Assembly: GCA_021432655.1 (NCBI GenBank)
Contig: MU271247.1
Coordinates: forward strand, 1-64,000
DNA from: Atractiella rhizophila
Taxonomy: Eukaryota
DNA length: 64,000 bases
Direction of reading: 5' to 3'
How positions within the stretch are numbered: position 1 is the first letter of the stretch; each line of letters opens with the position of its first letter. Below, piece by piece: positions 31,232 to 43,232 of this stretch. The notes under the pieces were generated by a model. That model made no database searches. It was not told the DNA's origin and worked only from the letters and a program-made list of their open reading frames with translations. Made by a program: the position numbers and the translations under genes.

Positions 31232-31869
31232 ATGAAGATCGAGCAGTGTTCTTTCTCAGGATTCAAGATCTACCCCGGCAAGGTGCGTCTTTCTCTCCTA
31301 GTTATCTGCGGAATGGTTGGCCGAAGTGGGTTGCTGGCAGGGTAAACTTTACGTTCGCCTCGATTCTAAGGTCTTTCGCTTCGTATCTTCCAAGAATGAG
31401 AGCCTTTTCCTCCAACGCAAGAACCCCCGAAAAATCGCTTGGACCACTGTTCGTCCACCCATCTCATTCACGACCTCTCCCTCATCCGCTCATTTATGTA
31501 TTTGGGACATGGATCAATAGGTTTACAGGCGTGTCCATAAGAAGGGAATTACAGAAGAGATTGCCAAGAAGCGCTCGCGAAAGACCGTGAAGCACCAGCG
31601 AGGAATTGTTGGCGCTGACATGGCATCTATCCTCAAGCTTCGGAACCAGAAGCCGGAGGTTTGTCCTCTCTACATTAAATAGTGGCTGTTTTGTCTGAGG
31701 TCTTGGGTTATAGGTGAGGGACGCGGCTAGGGCTGCTGCAGTGAAGGCGGCTAAGGATGAGAAGAAGGCGAAGGAGGAGAAGAAGAAGGCATCCAAGCCT
31801 AAGGTCTCGATCGCTGGTGGTGCCAAGGTTAGCAAGCAGTCAGCAAAAGGTAGCAAGGCTGGACGATGA
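31232..31869 (+). CDS. RPL24: 60S ribosomal protein L24 (eL24), copy 2
   Basis: Exons appear identical to copy 1; differences confined to introns. Confidence 0.97.
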
Positions 31870-32095
31870 GCAATCCAATCCTCTTCTATTGTTCCACACC
31901 TCCTTTCCGCGCTATGAAATACGTATGTTATGCTTGTATGCCATGGATTTATTCGGTGAGCGGTCGTGTTGCCTTTGTGGAGTGGTGGAAGTCAACAGAC
32001 TCTCTTTCGCACTTCACCCTATCTAACGTCTCTTTGATGGAGGACTTAGTAACGTGTGCATGTGCAAGCAGGTCAGTATGATCTCTAGGCTACCA

Positions 32096-33169
32096 TTAAG
32101 TAGTCATATAAAGAGTAATCCCCTTCCGTTTCTCCGTCATCTTGACCAAATCATTCCATCTTCCTGGCTGATGCCTGACGATAAGAGTCTTCAAGCCTAA
32201 ACAAGCCTTGTCTCTTTTTCTCACATCTACCAGACCCGCTTCCTTTAAGGGCTCGATAAATGGGCCGGTGGGCCTTCGTTCCAATCCTTCGATCTCCTCT
32301 CCTCCAAGTAAAGCATGCATGAGAGCAGTAGTACCGTCCGCAAAGAAATAGAGATCCAATTTCGTGACAGACGGAGGAATGTGATAATATATTGTGGGAT
32401 CCCGGAGGGACGTTTTGTAGTACAGTTTAAGAGTGAGAGATTCGAGCAGTGTGAAAACTGAAATGACAGGGAAAACATCTAGTTCGGGCATGGTTAGGTC
32501 CAGTGATAGATGTCGTAGGGAGCTAGGCATGTGGTTTGATGTGAACGGACTGATGGGAGTGACGATGCTGAGAGACTCGAGGGAGAGGTGTTGCAGACCA
32601 TGAGGAATGTTGACGTTGCGCAAGCTGAGTTTGCGTAAAGTGCAGGGGAGAGCGTCCGTGCTTTCAACCTGGAATGCATATAGAAGGAGTTCTTCTAGGA
32701 AAGGAAAGTGGGAAAGCTGGGGCAGCGTTTGGCGTGCTGGCGACTCCCAGCCATTAGATGTAACTTGAATCGCCAGACTAACAATTCGGATATCAGCAGC
32801 TGAGCAAATTGACGCCACGCACTCGATTTGTCGACCAAACGTGGATTCAGCCAGTTCCATTGCCCAACTAATGGATATTTTCCGCAATCCACTCATCAAA
32901 CTGAGGGCTTCGACCTGCTCGGAATCCAAATCGAATGTCGAATCAAAATCCAGCTCTTTGATAAACTGACAAAGTCGCGTATGTTTGATCAAGTGTCCCA
33001 GGTATTTCGCATTCATGCTCTGCATGACGAGGGACATCACCAACGGGTAGAACGCGTGTGAGATGACTGAGAGACGTTTCAGATTCGTGTCGTTCCAATA
33101 GAGGAGCGAGACGATCTCTTGAAGGATTTCGGGAGGGAGACTGGATAGACTTCCAGTCGATTCAGACAT
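32096..33169 (-). CDS. F-box protein with LRR-like repeats (single ORF)
   Basis: N-terminal LSSLPPEILQEIVSLL; LxxLxL repeats (LRKLSL, LRHLSL, LESLTL, VTKLDL). Confidence 0.8.
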   Translation of the reverse strand: MSESTGSLSSLPPEILQEIVSLLYWNDTNLKRLSVISHAFYPLVMSLVMQSMNAKYLGHLIKHTRLCQFIKELDFDSTFDLDSEQVEALSLMSGLRKISISWAMELAESTFGRQIECVASICSAADIRIVSLAIQVTSNGWESPARQTLPQLSHFPFLEELLLYAFQVESTDALPCTLRKLSLRNVNIPHGLQHLSLESLSIVTPISPFTSNHMPSSLRHLSLDLTMPELDVFPVISVFTLLESLTLKLYYKTSLRDPTIYYHIPPSVTKLDLYFFADGTTALMHALLGGEEIEGLERRPTGPFIEPLKEAGLVDVRKRDKACLGLKTLIVRHQPGRWNDLVKMTEKRKGITLYMTT

Positions 33170-33909
33170 GATACGCCTCGTGTAGGAAGAATTTCGAAAT
33201 TGAGTAACGTCAACTGAGAATCACCGCCGTCTCCAACACAACAGTGGGTTGATTACTGATTGATGCTGCTCTCTAAAGCTTCCATAAGTACGCGAAGCAG
33301 GTAGTCGCAACATGAACTCACTGTGTACCCTAAGAATGGTTGATCCGCTTCAAATGTAGAACTTCATATTCTAGTCAACAACACAGTTCGTGATGTGGTG
33401 GTTTGCTTCTCGGACATAGATTCAGAACCGCAAGGCAGTGCAAGCAACTCTGGCGGAGGCATGTTATCTGAGTAAACATCACGAAGTCATCATGGACATG
33501 AATATAATATGCCTCGATGGGTTGCAAAGAGCGACAGAAAGCCTAAACCTATGGGACTACTCATATGGCAAAATGCTTCGTTGTGCTGTGAAGAACAAGT
33601 TCATTTTGGTTGTAGGTGGCCGTGAATTCAACGCAGCAAGGAGAGCACGAAATTGAGAATTTCAACACATATACCTCAACGAGTTGAAGTAACGTTGAAG
33701 CTGTCGCAACAAGTGCGAGAGGCAAGTGAGTGAAGGGGTGGCGGCAGTGTCGGCGTTTCCAGAACAGGAGCAACAAGAAGATTGCCTGTGACATCATGAT
33801 TCCCTATTCCTCTTATTCCAAACAATCTTCATTTCTACCAACTAACTCACAACCACCTGGACAGTTTGAAACCTCAAAGACTTCATAAACATTTATAGCA
33901 ACAAAGTCA

Positions 33910-36900
33910 ATGGATCTACCCTCACTCGTACGACTTACCGATCCCATTCGTCGCCTCGTCTCTGGACGTAAGGCAAGATGGACCTCGAAAGACTATGATT
34001 TGGACTTGATATACCTTACTGATCGCATAATTATTATGGGATATCCTGCTTCAGGCCTCGAGGGTTTGTATCGAAACGATAGAAACGTAGTGAGGAAGTG
34101 GCTCAAGGAGAGGTATGGAGAGGATGGGTGGTGGATCTTTAATTTGTGCGTCTCTTCTTTTGCAATCGAATTTCGAAGTGCGGTGTTTTTGGAAGGAGAG
34201 CGTTAGAACTAGTATGGCTTTCCATTTCACCTTTGAGGTCCTTTGGCTTCCTCCCAGGGTGGAGCTGCTGCCATCAAAAAGCTTGCATATAATACGACGC
34301 GAGCGTTTTTGACATTGAATGGCACATGTGCTTGGTACATTAAATTCTCGCGTAGTGTCCAAATAATCTGCTGGACCCTTTGTTTTGAAAACACATCAGG
34401 GATCTGCTTTATGAAGCATATGTAAAGCACCATGATCTAACCTTGGTCTACACATACATTCCATTTCCATCGAAACTTGTTGTGCATCTCCTAACTCGCA
34501 TCTCAAAGTCAAGTTCTATGCCAGCTCAGACTTGTGATACAGCGCATACTGTGAAATGTATGTTTCCTGCCTCGCTCTTTTTCAGTCTTCCGGCTATATT
34601 TCGTTTTGGCAATTCATGCCTTACCTCCAGCATACAGCTAGATGGTTTGGAAAGCATTGAGGTTAGGTGAAAACTGACACTGAGGCATGGGATGTTAATA
34701 TGCCGGACGATGAGATGGGGCGAGAGTGCAAGAGTATCCCACAATTTATTCTGAACATATATCAGCCAAAACGCCAGTCTCTACTTGGACTTTGCCTTCC
34801 TTTTTAACTGAAAATGACAAAGAAAAGGCAACCTCACATTCATTGCTGCTGCTAGAGCAGTTCGGTCTGTGAACCTAGCAGCTCTCGTATTGCACTTTCA
34901 CCAACGTGAAAGTGCTGCGCTCCCAACTCTACAGCTCTGGGCTCGTGTTTGTTACTGTTGATGGTGTCGAACTTTTGATGCCGCCTTTCAAAACAAATGG
35001 TCCGTGCGCAACAAGGTGCGCACGGACACATTAGGTTACCATCTTGCCTGTCCAATCTACTTTCACCATCTGAGTGGGTGAGACAATGGAGCACTGACTA
35101 TGTTCAATCAGCTGTCCACGTTTTGAGAACCAGTATCCCGCAGAATTTTTCTCGAACCGCGTCTCGCGCTATCCATTCCCAGGTTCCGCCTCTTTTTCTC
35201 AGGCAGAGTAGAATTCATGCGTAAATAGATCATCACCCCCCACCACTTGCTCTGATACCGATTTACGTGCACAAGATCAAAGAATGGATGCAAGGAGATG
35301 AAAGTCGAGTCTCAGTGATTCATTGCAAAGGTAAGTGCATTCTTTCAAGTCCAACATTATGTTCAAATCGTTCCTAGCTGGCAAAGGACGGTCCGGAACG
35401 ATGGCCATTTGTTACCTCCTATTCATGCCTTACCTCCAGCATACAGCTAGATGGTTTGGAAAGCATTGAGGTTAGGTGAAAACTGACACTGAGGCATGGG
35501 ATGTTAATATGCCGGACGACGAGATGGGGCGAGAGTGCAAGAGTATCCCACAATTTATTCTGAACATATATCAGCCAAAACGCCAGTCTCTACTTGGACT
35601 TTGCCTTCCTTTTTAACTGAAAATGACAAAGAAAAGGCAACCTCACATTTATTGCTGCTGCTAGAGCAGTTCGGTCTGTGAACCTAGCAGCTCTCGTATT
35701 GCTCTTTCACCAACGTGAAAGTGCTGCGCTCCCAACTCTACAGCTCTGGGCTCGTGTTTGCTACTGTTGATGGTGACGAACTTTTGATGCCGCCTTTCAA
35801 AACAAATGGTCCGTGCGCGACAAGGACAAGGTGCGCACGGACACATTAGGTTACCATCTTGCCTGTCCAACTACTTTCACCATTTGAGTTGGTGTGTGAG
35901 AATGGAGCACTGACCATCTTCAATCAGCTGTCCGCGTTTTGAGAACCAGTATCCCGCAGAATTTTTCTCGAACCGCGTCTCGCGCTATCCATTCCCAGGT
36001 TCAGCCTCTTTTTCTCAGGCAGAGTAGAATTCATGTGTAAATAGATCATCACCCCCCACCACTTGCTCTGATACCGATTTACGTGCACAAGATCAAAGAA
36101 TGGATGCAAGGAGATGAAAGTCGAGTCTCAGTGATTCATTGCAAAGGTAAGTGCATTTTTTCAAGTCCAACATTATGTTCAAATCGTTCCTAGCTGGCAA
36201 AGGACGGTCCGGAACGATGGCCATTTGTTACCTCCTCTCCCTCCCATCTATGCCCAAACCGCCACAGCTCGCGTCCAATCGCTCAGCCTCTCTGGGACCT
36301 TTACCGTCCGATAGTCCTCACGATTCTACTGCGTCTCTCAACTCTTCGAGCACCAAGACTGGCGCTGTTGCCCGTGCTGGAGAGGGTCAGAAAGGTACTG
36401 GAGTAAGGGAAGCCGATCAAGAGAAGGCCCAACGCTTAGTGGAAGGCCTTACAAATCAGATGCTAAGTTCAGGCAAGGGGAATCCCTTATCCTCTAAAGA
36501 GAAGGAAACGCAAGAAACTGCAGATGATCCCAATAATCCAGGTGGGAATATGAAGCTCGAACAGGGGGAGCTTCCGCAAGAAGCAGGGAGAAAAGTGCAG
36601 ACTGGAGATGAGAAAGAAGAGGGAGAGAAGACGGCGAGTCAGAAGATCGTGGATAGTGTCAGGAAGGGGGCAATGGCTAAGGATGTAGAGGATATCGGAC
36701 CAAGTTCGCAAGCTGCTAAGGAAGAGGCTCTTGCAATGGCTGACAAACTCGCGTGCGTTCTTGTCCCTGACAAAACATTCGATCACTCATAGGTCCTGCA
36801 GACATGTTTTTGAGTACGCGAACACTTTGACCTATTTTCCCTCGACTAATTGCATTCAGTTTACACACGTCTCAGCGGATGAAAGGTCGCGGTCAGGGCG

Positions 36901-37851
36901 TCTCGATCCCATCCCAGCGACGATTCATTGGTTACTGGTCGAAACTGCTCAGCGATCAAGATCCCCGCCCCTGGATGAATGGCGGAAGCCGGGAGAAGAG
37001 AAGGATGATCGAGCTGACTTGGATCAAAATTACGATGCCAGATGAAATGCCAGGATTTCCGAGGTTGCTGTGGAAGAAGCGGCTTAGCGTGCAGGTCTGT
37101 ACTCTCCTTGTGGCGCGAGATGCTTCATTGAAATCCATGAAGGTCTCGCGCTATCGAAGCTCTATTGTGGACGATCTCGAAGCACAAGAAGTTCAGCTAG
37201 CGCAAATTCACCAGCGGGAGAAGGATGACAAGCTCACTGACGATGACCGACAGGTTTTAAAACTGTGGGATGACGATGAACGGTGGGATGACCAAAAGGT
37301 AATGTTTGAAGCCATTGGTGGATTTAGGGAGGAGAATCGCTCCGCTTCAATAGATCCAGAAGTCAGTTTTACCACTTCGGCTGGGTGGGAATATTAAAAG
37401 CGCATTTTAGGCCGATGATACCATTGACGAGTATATTCCTGGTAGTACGAGTCGGCCTGACAGTCCCATAACGACAACATCGGCCATGCTCTCAACGGCC
37501 ACAACTCCATCCACGACGTCACTGTCTTCATCTTCAACTTCAGAAGCATCCACAGTGAGGGTACGAAAGCTTGTACCGATACCGACGTCCAACACGCAAC
37601 AAGATCAGCGGAGTTCTCTGCTCTTTGATGCATATCGCGAGCTTCAAATCAAATTACTCATCGGTGGACACGGCAAGAAGCACTCGAAGTTACCTGACGT
37701 GGTCTCCCTTGGCTATTTGTGGTGGATTCCCGGCTTTCACGTACCTTCGACAGAACAGAAGGGAAGTATCATCTTCGACAGAAGCGAGCTCGACTTCTTC
37801 AAGAAACAGTCTGGGATTCGGAGGGTCGAGATTGGTTGGGCATGGGCTTAG
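33910..37851 (+). CDS. TEP1: PTEN-like phosphoinositide / dual-specificity phosphatase; catalytic exons present twice because of an internal duplication
   Basis: IRRLVSGRKAR...DLDLIYLTDRIIIMGYPASGLEGLYRN; NF|CPRFENQY; YPFP|DHHPPPL; IHCK|AGKGRSG; GVSIPSQRRFIGYW. Confidence 0.93.
34612..36236. repeat. Tandem duplication ~0.81 kb (34612-35420 / 35421-36236) within the PTEN gene
   Basis: Both copies run from attcatgccttacctccagc to gttacctcct, with few SNPs and small indels. Confidence 0.95.
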
Positions 37852-38514
37852 GACGCACACCCCCTCTAGATTGGATTCCTCTGTCATGCTTGCTTGAACC
37901 TTGAAGGACATTGCTATTACTCACCAACCAAAACCATTGTTGGGGATTCGAGAAGATTCGTTTTGATCTGGCTATCAACGACATTCCTTTCCAGATCGAC
38001 GCCGGCATTTACTGAACGTTCCTTTTGTCTGGGACTCCGAATATTAGCTTCGGAGCACGTTGTGTTGACTGCATCCACCGTTTTCAACCTCTTTCCTATA
38101 TTCCCAGGTTGGATTGTTCTCACAGTTTTGTACCATCTGGTCGGGTCCGGCCTTATTGAGGAGAGGACAACATCTGGCCAAAGATGGACGTTTCTGGGCC
38201 TTTCGCTCCTGTGCTGTCAGTGCAGTTGAGATTGCCGTTCTTCTCCCGTGCAGATCCGACCGTTCGTTGAAAATTTGGGCTGAGTTTCGCTGAGAGGCCG
38301 AACCAATGGCAAAACGTATCAGAAGCCAAAACCGCCATGTTTATCCTAAACTCAACGTTGAACGTTGAACGGGCTTGATCTCTTACGGAGCGGCGCTGCG
38401 TTTGAGCTTCTCGCTCAGACTTTCATATAAAACGATGACCCAATGAACTTCGCTTCCACTCTTGCTCCTTGGAGTCAGCCCCAGTTTCTTCTTGCAATCT
38501 GCCTTGTCACAACA

Positions 38515-39891
38515 ATGTCGGGTGTTATTGTCCCTGCAATGAGGTTTGCGAAGACGGTTTATTACTTGACACGTTCTGGTATGCAAATTTCCGTAATTTG
38601 CCACAAAGCCATGCCTGATCCAAGATGGTGCGCGCACAGACTTCAAAACTGTCATGGTACGTTTTATCTCCCTGTTTTGGCACAAGATTGCTAACCTCAT
38701 ACACAGCTTCCAATTGTACGCTCCTCCTGGCAATGGTGACAAGTGGGATTCTCAGTTTTCGCAGCTCGTCTTCTCCCAATCCGTCGTCGACTGGCATTCA
38801 ACACCTCGCTTTCTAGCCACCGCTCTCTGGCTCTACATGGTGTTGATTGAGTTTTGCCTTTCAAACCAAAGCTCAGGTTCGTTCATTGCCTTTTGCGCCA
38901 GAGCCGGCGCACTGATTTTGGGAGTCGGAGCAGGTGATTCGCCAGTAGAAGATGCTCACAATAAACCATATCGTCCTATCCCCTCCGGTCTCATGTCCGT
39001 AGAAACTGCTCGTAGGCTCCGGTACATCATACCCTTCGTTAATGCCGTCCTCAGCTATTACCTCGGGTGCGTAGTTCCCTATCGTCCTCAAAGCACAGAA
39101 GGAGTTGATCTGGTGGTCCAAAGAGGTCGACTCGCTGTTCTTGCATCCGTGACGTTGACTGTGATAGACACACTGCACAATGACCTAGGTCTTGCCCGCC
39201 AATGGTGGGGTAAATCGTTGCTGGCTGCAAGCTGCTACCCAATGGGTGAGACTCTTTACGCAACAAGGAAATTTGGCCAACACTGTGCGTGTATTAGGAG
39301 AGCTAGGCACAATAGCAGTTGCCCGTAAGTTGCCAATTCTTTGTTCGGAATGTTGATTGTGACACATGGATAGGAGGTGGCTCTACTGTTAACCTGCATC
39401 AGTTGATTGCAGTAGCAGTCTCAGGTCCGTTCTGAGATCATTGACAGCGATTTCCTGACTAAAGAAACGCAGCGATTGTGAACATCACCACAATTCACGC
39501 CCAAGATACCCCTGATGTTATCGGAGATGCTGAAGCTGGCAGGAAAACGCTTCCGATACTGTATCCAACAATTTCTCGAGCAAGCATACCACTGGTTTTA
39601 TTAGCCTCAACTCTAGGCGTGATGCAGATATCGGATGCACATCCTGCGTTCGTGTGGCTCATGGTCGTTTTCTGCTTCATCACCAGCTTGAGATACATTC
39701 TGGTGCGCCGGCCAGAGAAAGAGATGCCGTCGTTTGTATTGTATGCCGTAAGTCCAAATTCCTCTCTGAGACTAGGCTGAATTTGTTGAGAACAGGTTTG
39801 GTTGAGCTTACTGCATTGCAGTCTGAGCTCGCTCAAGGACGACATTCTGTCAAACGGCTTGACCATGCGGACAGACCTGCTCCAGTTTTGA
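38515..39891 (+). CDS. UbiA-family prenyltransferase, probably a UbiA-type terpene cyclase
   Basis: YYLTRS|DFKTV; FCLSNQ...EDAHNKPYRPIPSG; HAQDTPDVIGDAEAGRKTLP; multiple TM segments. Confidence 0.85.
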
Positions 39892-40707
39892 TTGTTCAGC
39901 CAGCTATAAGCATGTGCCATTAGACACCGTCTTGCAGTTCTATACACCTTCAACTTTGTCCCCGGATGCGTTAGATGTCTTATTATTTCTTGGTTTACAC
40001 ATCAGTCGGTAGAATGTGTATTTCTGTCCTCAGCTTCACCTGCTTCGTATCATCAATGTTGTTCTTTTACGGATCGAAGCAGTTCTTCATCTGGCAATTT
40101 TCTCAAAAGCATTATTCACTTTTCCACGAAGAATAATGAACTTGAACATGTCTACCATCGCGGACAGAGTAACGGAGGTATGAGGAAAGGTTTCAATAGC
40201 AATCATCATATACCCTTTACAGCATGTGTCTCTGAATCACACTAAACTCAGACTCAAAAACGTACAGCCTGTGATAATGGCTGACGGACTGGGCTGACAT
40301 TTGAAATATCCGACATTGACACAACCTTTCCGTCCGATAAGACTCCGAACCATGCTACCAGCGCAAGGTGCTAGATATACTTTTCATTACGCTGAAAGCT
40401 TACAAGTTATCCCCATCCGTATTCATGCCGACTCATTTAGGGCACTCGTGCGTCGGCTCGGCGAGACTCTCGTGAGGGAATATTGTTTTACAGTCTTCCC
40501 TCGCAACTAAGTATGTGTAGGATCGTCATCAAACATTGTCACATTGATGGCGCCGAATGCGCGAAGGAGGCGAAGCATTCTGCTGAGATTGCAGCTTCAT
40601 CTCTTCAGCCCTTATAAGCAACGAAATCGACCTACCCCTTCTTCTAGACCGTTAGTTGGAGAGTGAGATAGATACCAGCATTAAATAGATTGTTGATACC
40701 ATAGATC

Positions 40708-42453
40708 ATGACCCTTGTTGAAGATACTGCAGGTACCCTTTGTGAGTACCTTATATCCATTGAATGGCTTTACATTGACATTGTGGGCATAATAGTGATC
40801 GGATCATGGGTCAATACAGCGCTTTGGGCATTTGAGATGGCTCTTGCCTATCTTTATTTCAAGAAATGGACTAGCGATTTTGTTGTCCTCCAGATCGCTG
40901 TAGTCTTGGTGCGCCTTTCATATCCCATCTGAAAAAGGACTAAGAAAATGCCAGGTGGGTGTGTCGGACACACTTTGTACTATTGCCAGCCAGATTGGTA
41001 TGCTTTCCCTGACCTAGCTTGTCGTTAAACTGAGTAACAAACAGGTGTTTATGATGTCTGCATTTCCAAATTGAAGCCGAGCGCAACTGACCAACATACA
41101 GTACACCATATCACATTGGGGTCGTGAGTTTTGGTTTCTCTTACACTGCTGGGAATTGACATATCTTCAGAGGACGCATACCTCGCGACGCAAGTGTGTT
41201 TATTCCTTTCGAATGGGTCACACTGTTGCTGATCGTGTGTCCAGCATTGGCCCATCCCAAGTTCGTTCTCCACTCTTACCCGTTATGCCTCTGATCTGGC
41301 TGGCGCCAGCTTACCTCATTTCTACCGCTGTCACTTCCCTGATCGTCCAGACCTACCTGTGCCATAGATACTGGCAATTAAGCTCGAACAACTTTGTGTC
41401 CATCGTTCTCGCTCTACTGACCCTAGTCTCCGTATGTTTGTCTTCGAGCGATTTATGGGATACTGACATTGTTCACAGTTCGGAGGAAACATTGGTCTGT
41501 GGCGATTTTTTAAGAAAGCAATGTCTCTGATACCTACTCTAGCCGTCTGCGTTGCCGTTCTCCGATATACGTCTTACTTGGACAGGAATAAAATTATTCC
41601 TCAGGTCATGTTCGTCGTCCCTTGCCAGAGCATTCGAAGGAAATGGCTTATCCTCTTCTGCCAGAGTTTGGTTTTGCACGAAGGCAGCCACAGGTCAGCA
41701 ATCCGCTCACTGAGGGGAACAATACTTTCTAAGCTCACTTTGGAACTAGACATTTCCATTTGCGGCGCCTTGATCTGGTACCTCATCCAAAGTAAAAGAC
41801 GGGTTATTTCTGAGGATAGACGATCGCTAACGGTGCAGATAACTGGGCACGCTATTGAAACAGGTATGTCTACTCGCAGTGCATGTAACTAAGGCTAATG
41901 TATACCAGGTTTTGTTACATCTCTTGCCTGTTCGTTTTGCACGCTCTTTGCAAGCAAGCGCTAATTTTATTCTGCCATGACAGCATTGGCAGCTTTCAGT
42001 AAGTGAGCCCTCACTTTGCACAAAAATGACTTATACTTGATCGCAGTTCTCTTTGTACGCAATAACAACACCAACGCGTCCACTGCGGTAGGACAATCCC
42101 TGGGACGGCTTTGTAAGACGGCTTTCTTTCTCTAACGGTTGTCTAACCCGCTGCTTTAGACGGGCTTTGCCTCCTCTTTAATCTTTTGTACCGGAAACTG
42201 ATCTTGGTGGACGACCCTTTTCACCAGTCTTCCCCTTCCACAACGAACAAGGATGACAGCAGAGTGGTTATCCATAAGAATGTTCATGTGTCCACTCTTC
42301 CGGTATGCTTTTCTTATTCACGGTCACTACGAGCAGAAGGGTACTGAAACATTTCGTATACAGGCAGGGGCCGCGTCGTACTCGGTTGATCTGCACAAGA
42401 AAGGGCAACCTGATGATTATCTAGATGATAAACGCGTGCCAGTCATTGCATAA
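40708..42453 (+). CDS. Multi-pass membrane protein, DUF6534-like, micro-exon rich
   Basis: IGSWVNTALWAFEM...YTISHWG...WPIP...IVQTYLCHRYWQLS...DISICGALIWYL...AIETG...VGQSLGRL. Confidence 0.8.
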
Positions 42454-43232
42454 CCGTTGTTTGTACTCTCTATGCGAATTCACACTCTTTTCTCTGCAGT
42501 GTCCTCAGACGATGATCCGTCATTGGAGATGGCCGATACTGCACAGAGAGCGTCTCCGAGATAGGTTGAGGCTCGAAGAGTCCATCTTTTTGCTTATTAT
42601 CAGGGTTGAAAGCAAATCTTCATTTTTGCTGAGTCCAGCGTTGCTTATTACGAACGAAGCCTTAGACGGGATGCTGGTCCTTGCCATGCTGACATCAAGT
42701 AAGTGAGAAATGTTATACTTGCATTCCAGGTATTAGCAGCTTGTCCAAAGAACAATCAGGAGCTTGAAGCTCGTAAAAAATCAGAGGCACTTCTGAAGAT
42801 TTCGAGAGGACAAAGCGACTAAATTGGTCCCTTTTTGATCCTATCCTAAGTAACTGTAAAGAGAGAAATACAACAGGCACCGCGAACAGATACCACTAAG
42901 TACTGAAGACAAAGGAATAAAAATGTAGACTTTAGGTGTGGACGATAGCTACCAACAGACGTTACGGATTAAGATTTTGTTTTGTTTTAACCGAAGCCAA
43001 CAAAGAGGAACGTAGGGATGAGAGACGAAGGAAGATATCGAGGTAAGCAATAGTAGAAGGCATGACGGACGGAAGGATGGGTGGTTGATTGGTTGCGTAT
43101 ATCGATGGATGGATGGTTGTTTGATGAGTGGACAAATGATGAAGCAAACAACAAAGCAAAGCACTTCGAAAACAAAAACAGCGCACTGATTCTCCCACAC
43201 CTTTCATTTTTATCCTTTTAGGATAGTTAGAT

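Larger units (their letters stand above)
27330..31894. repeat. Tandem duplication ~2.3 kb (27330-29621 / 29642-31894) carrying ATP19 and RPL24, with a poly(A) run at the junction
   Basis: Both copies begin agagcggagatttccataaag and end ctcttctattgttc; A run at 29622-29642. Confidence 0.95.

Noticed and set aside
34430..34450. ctaacct in the PTEN intron as a telomerase-RNA template
   Set aside because: Does not match a 1.5-repeat TTAGGG template (CTAACCCTAA).
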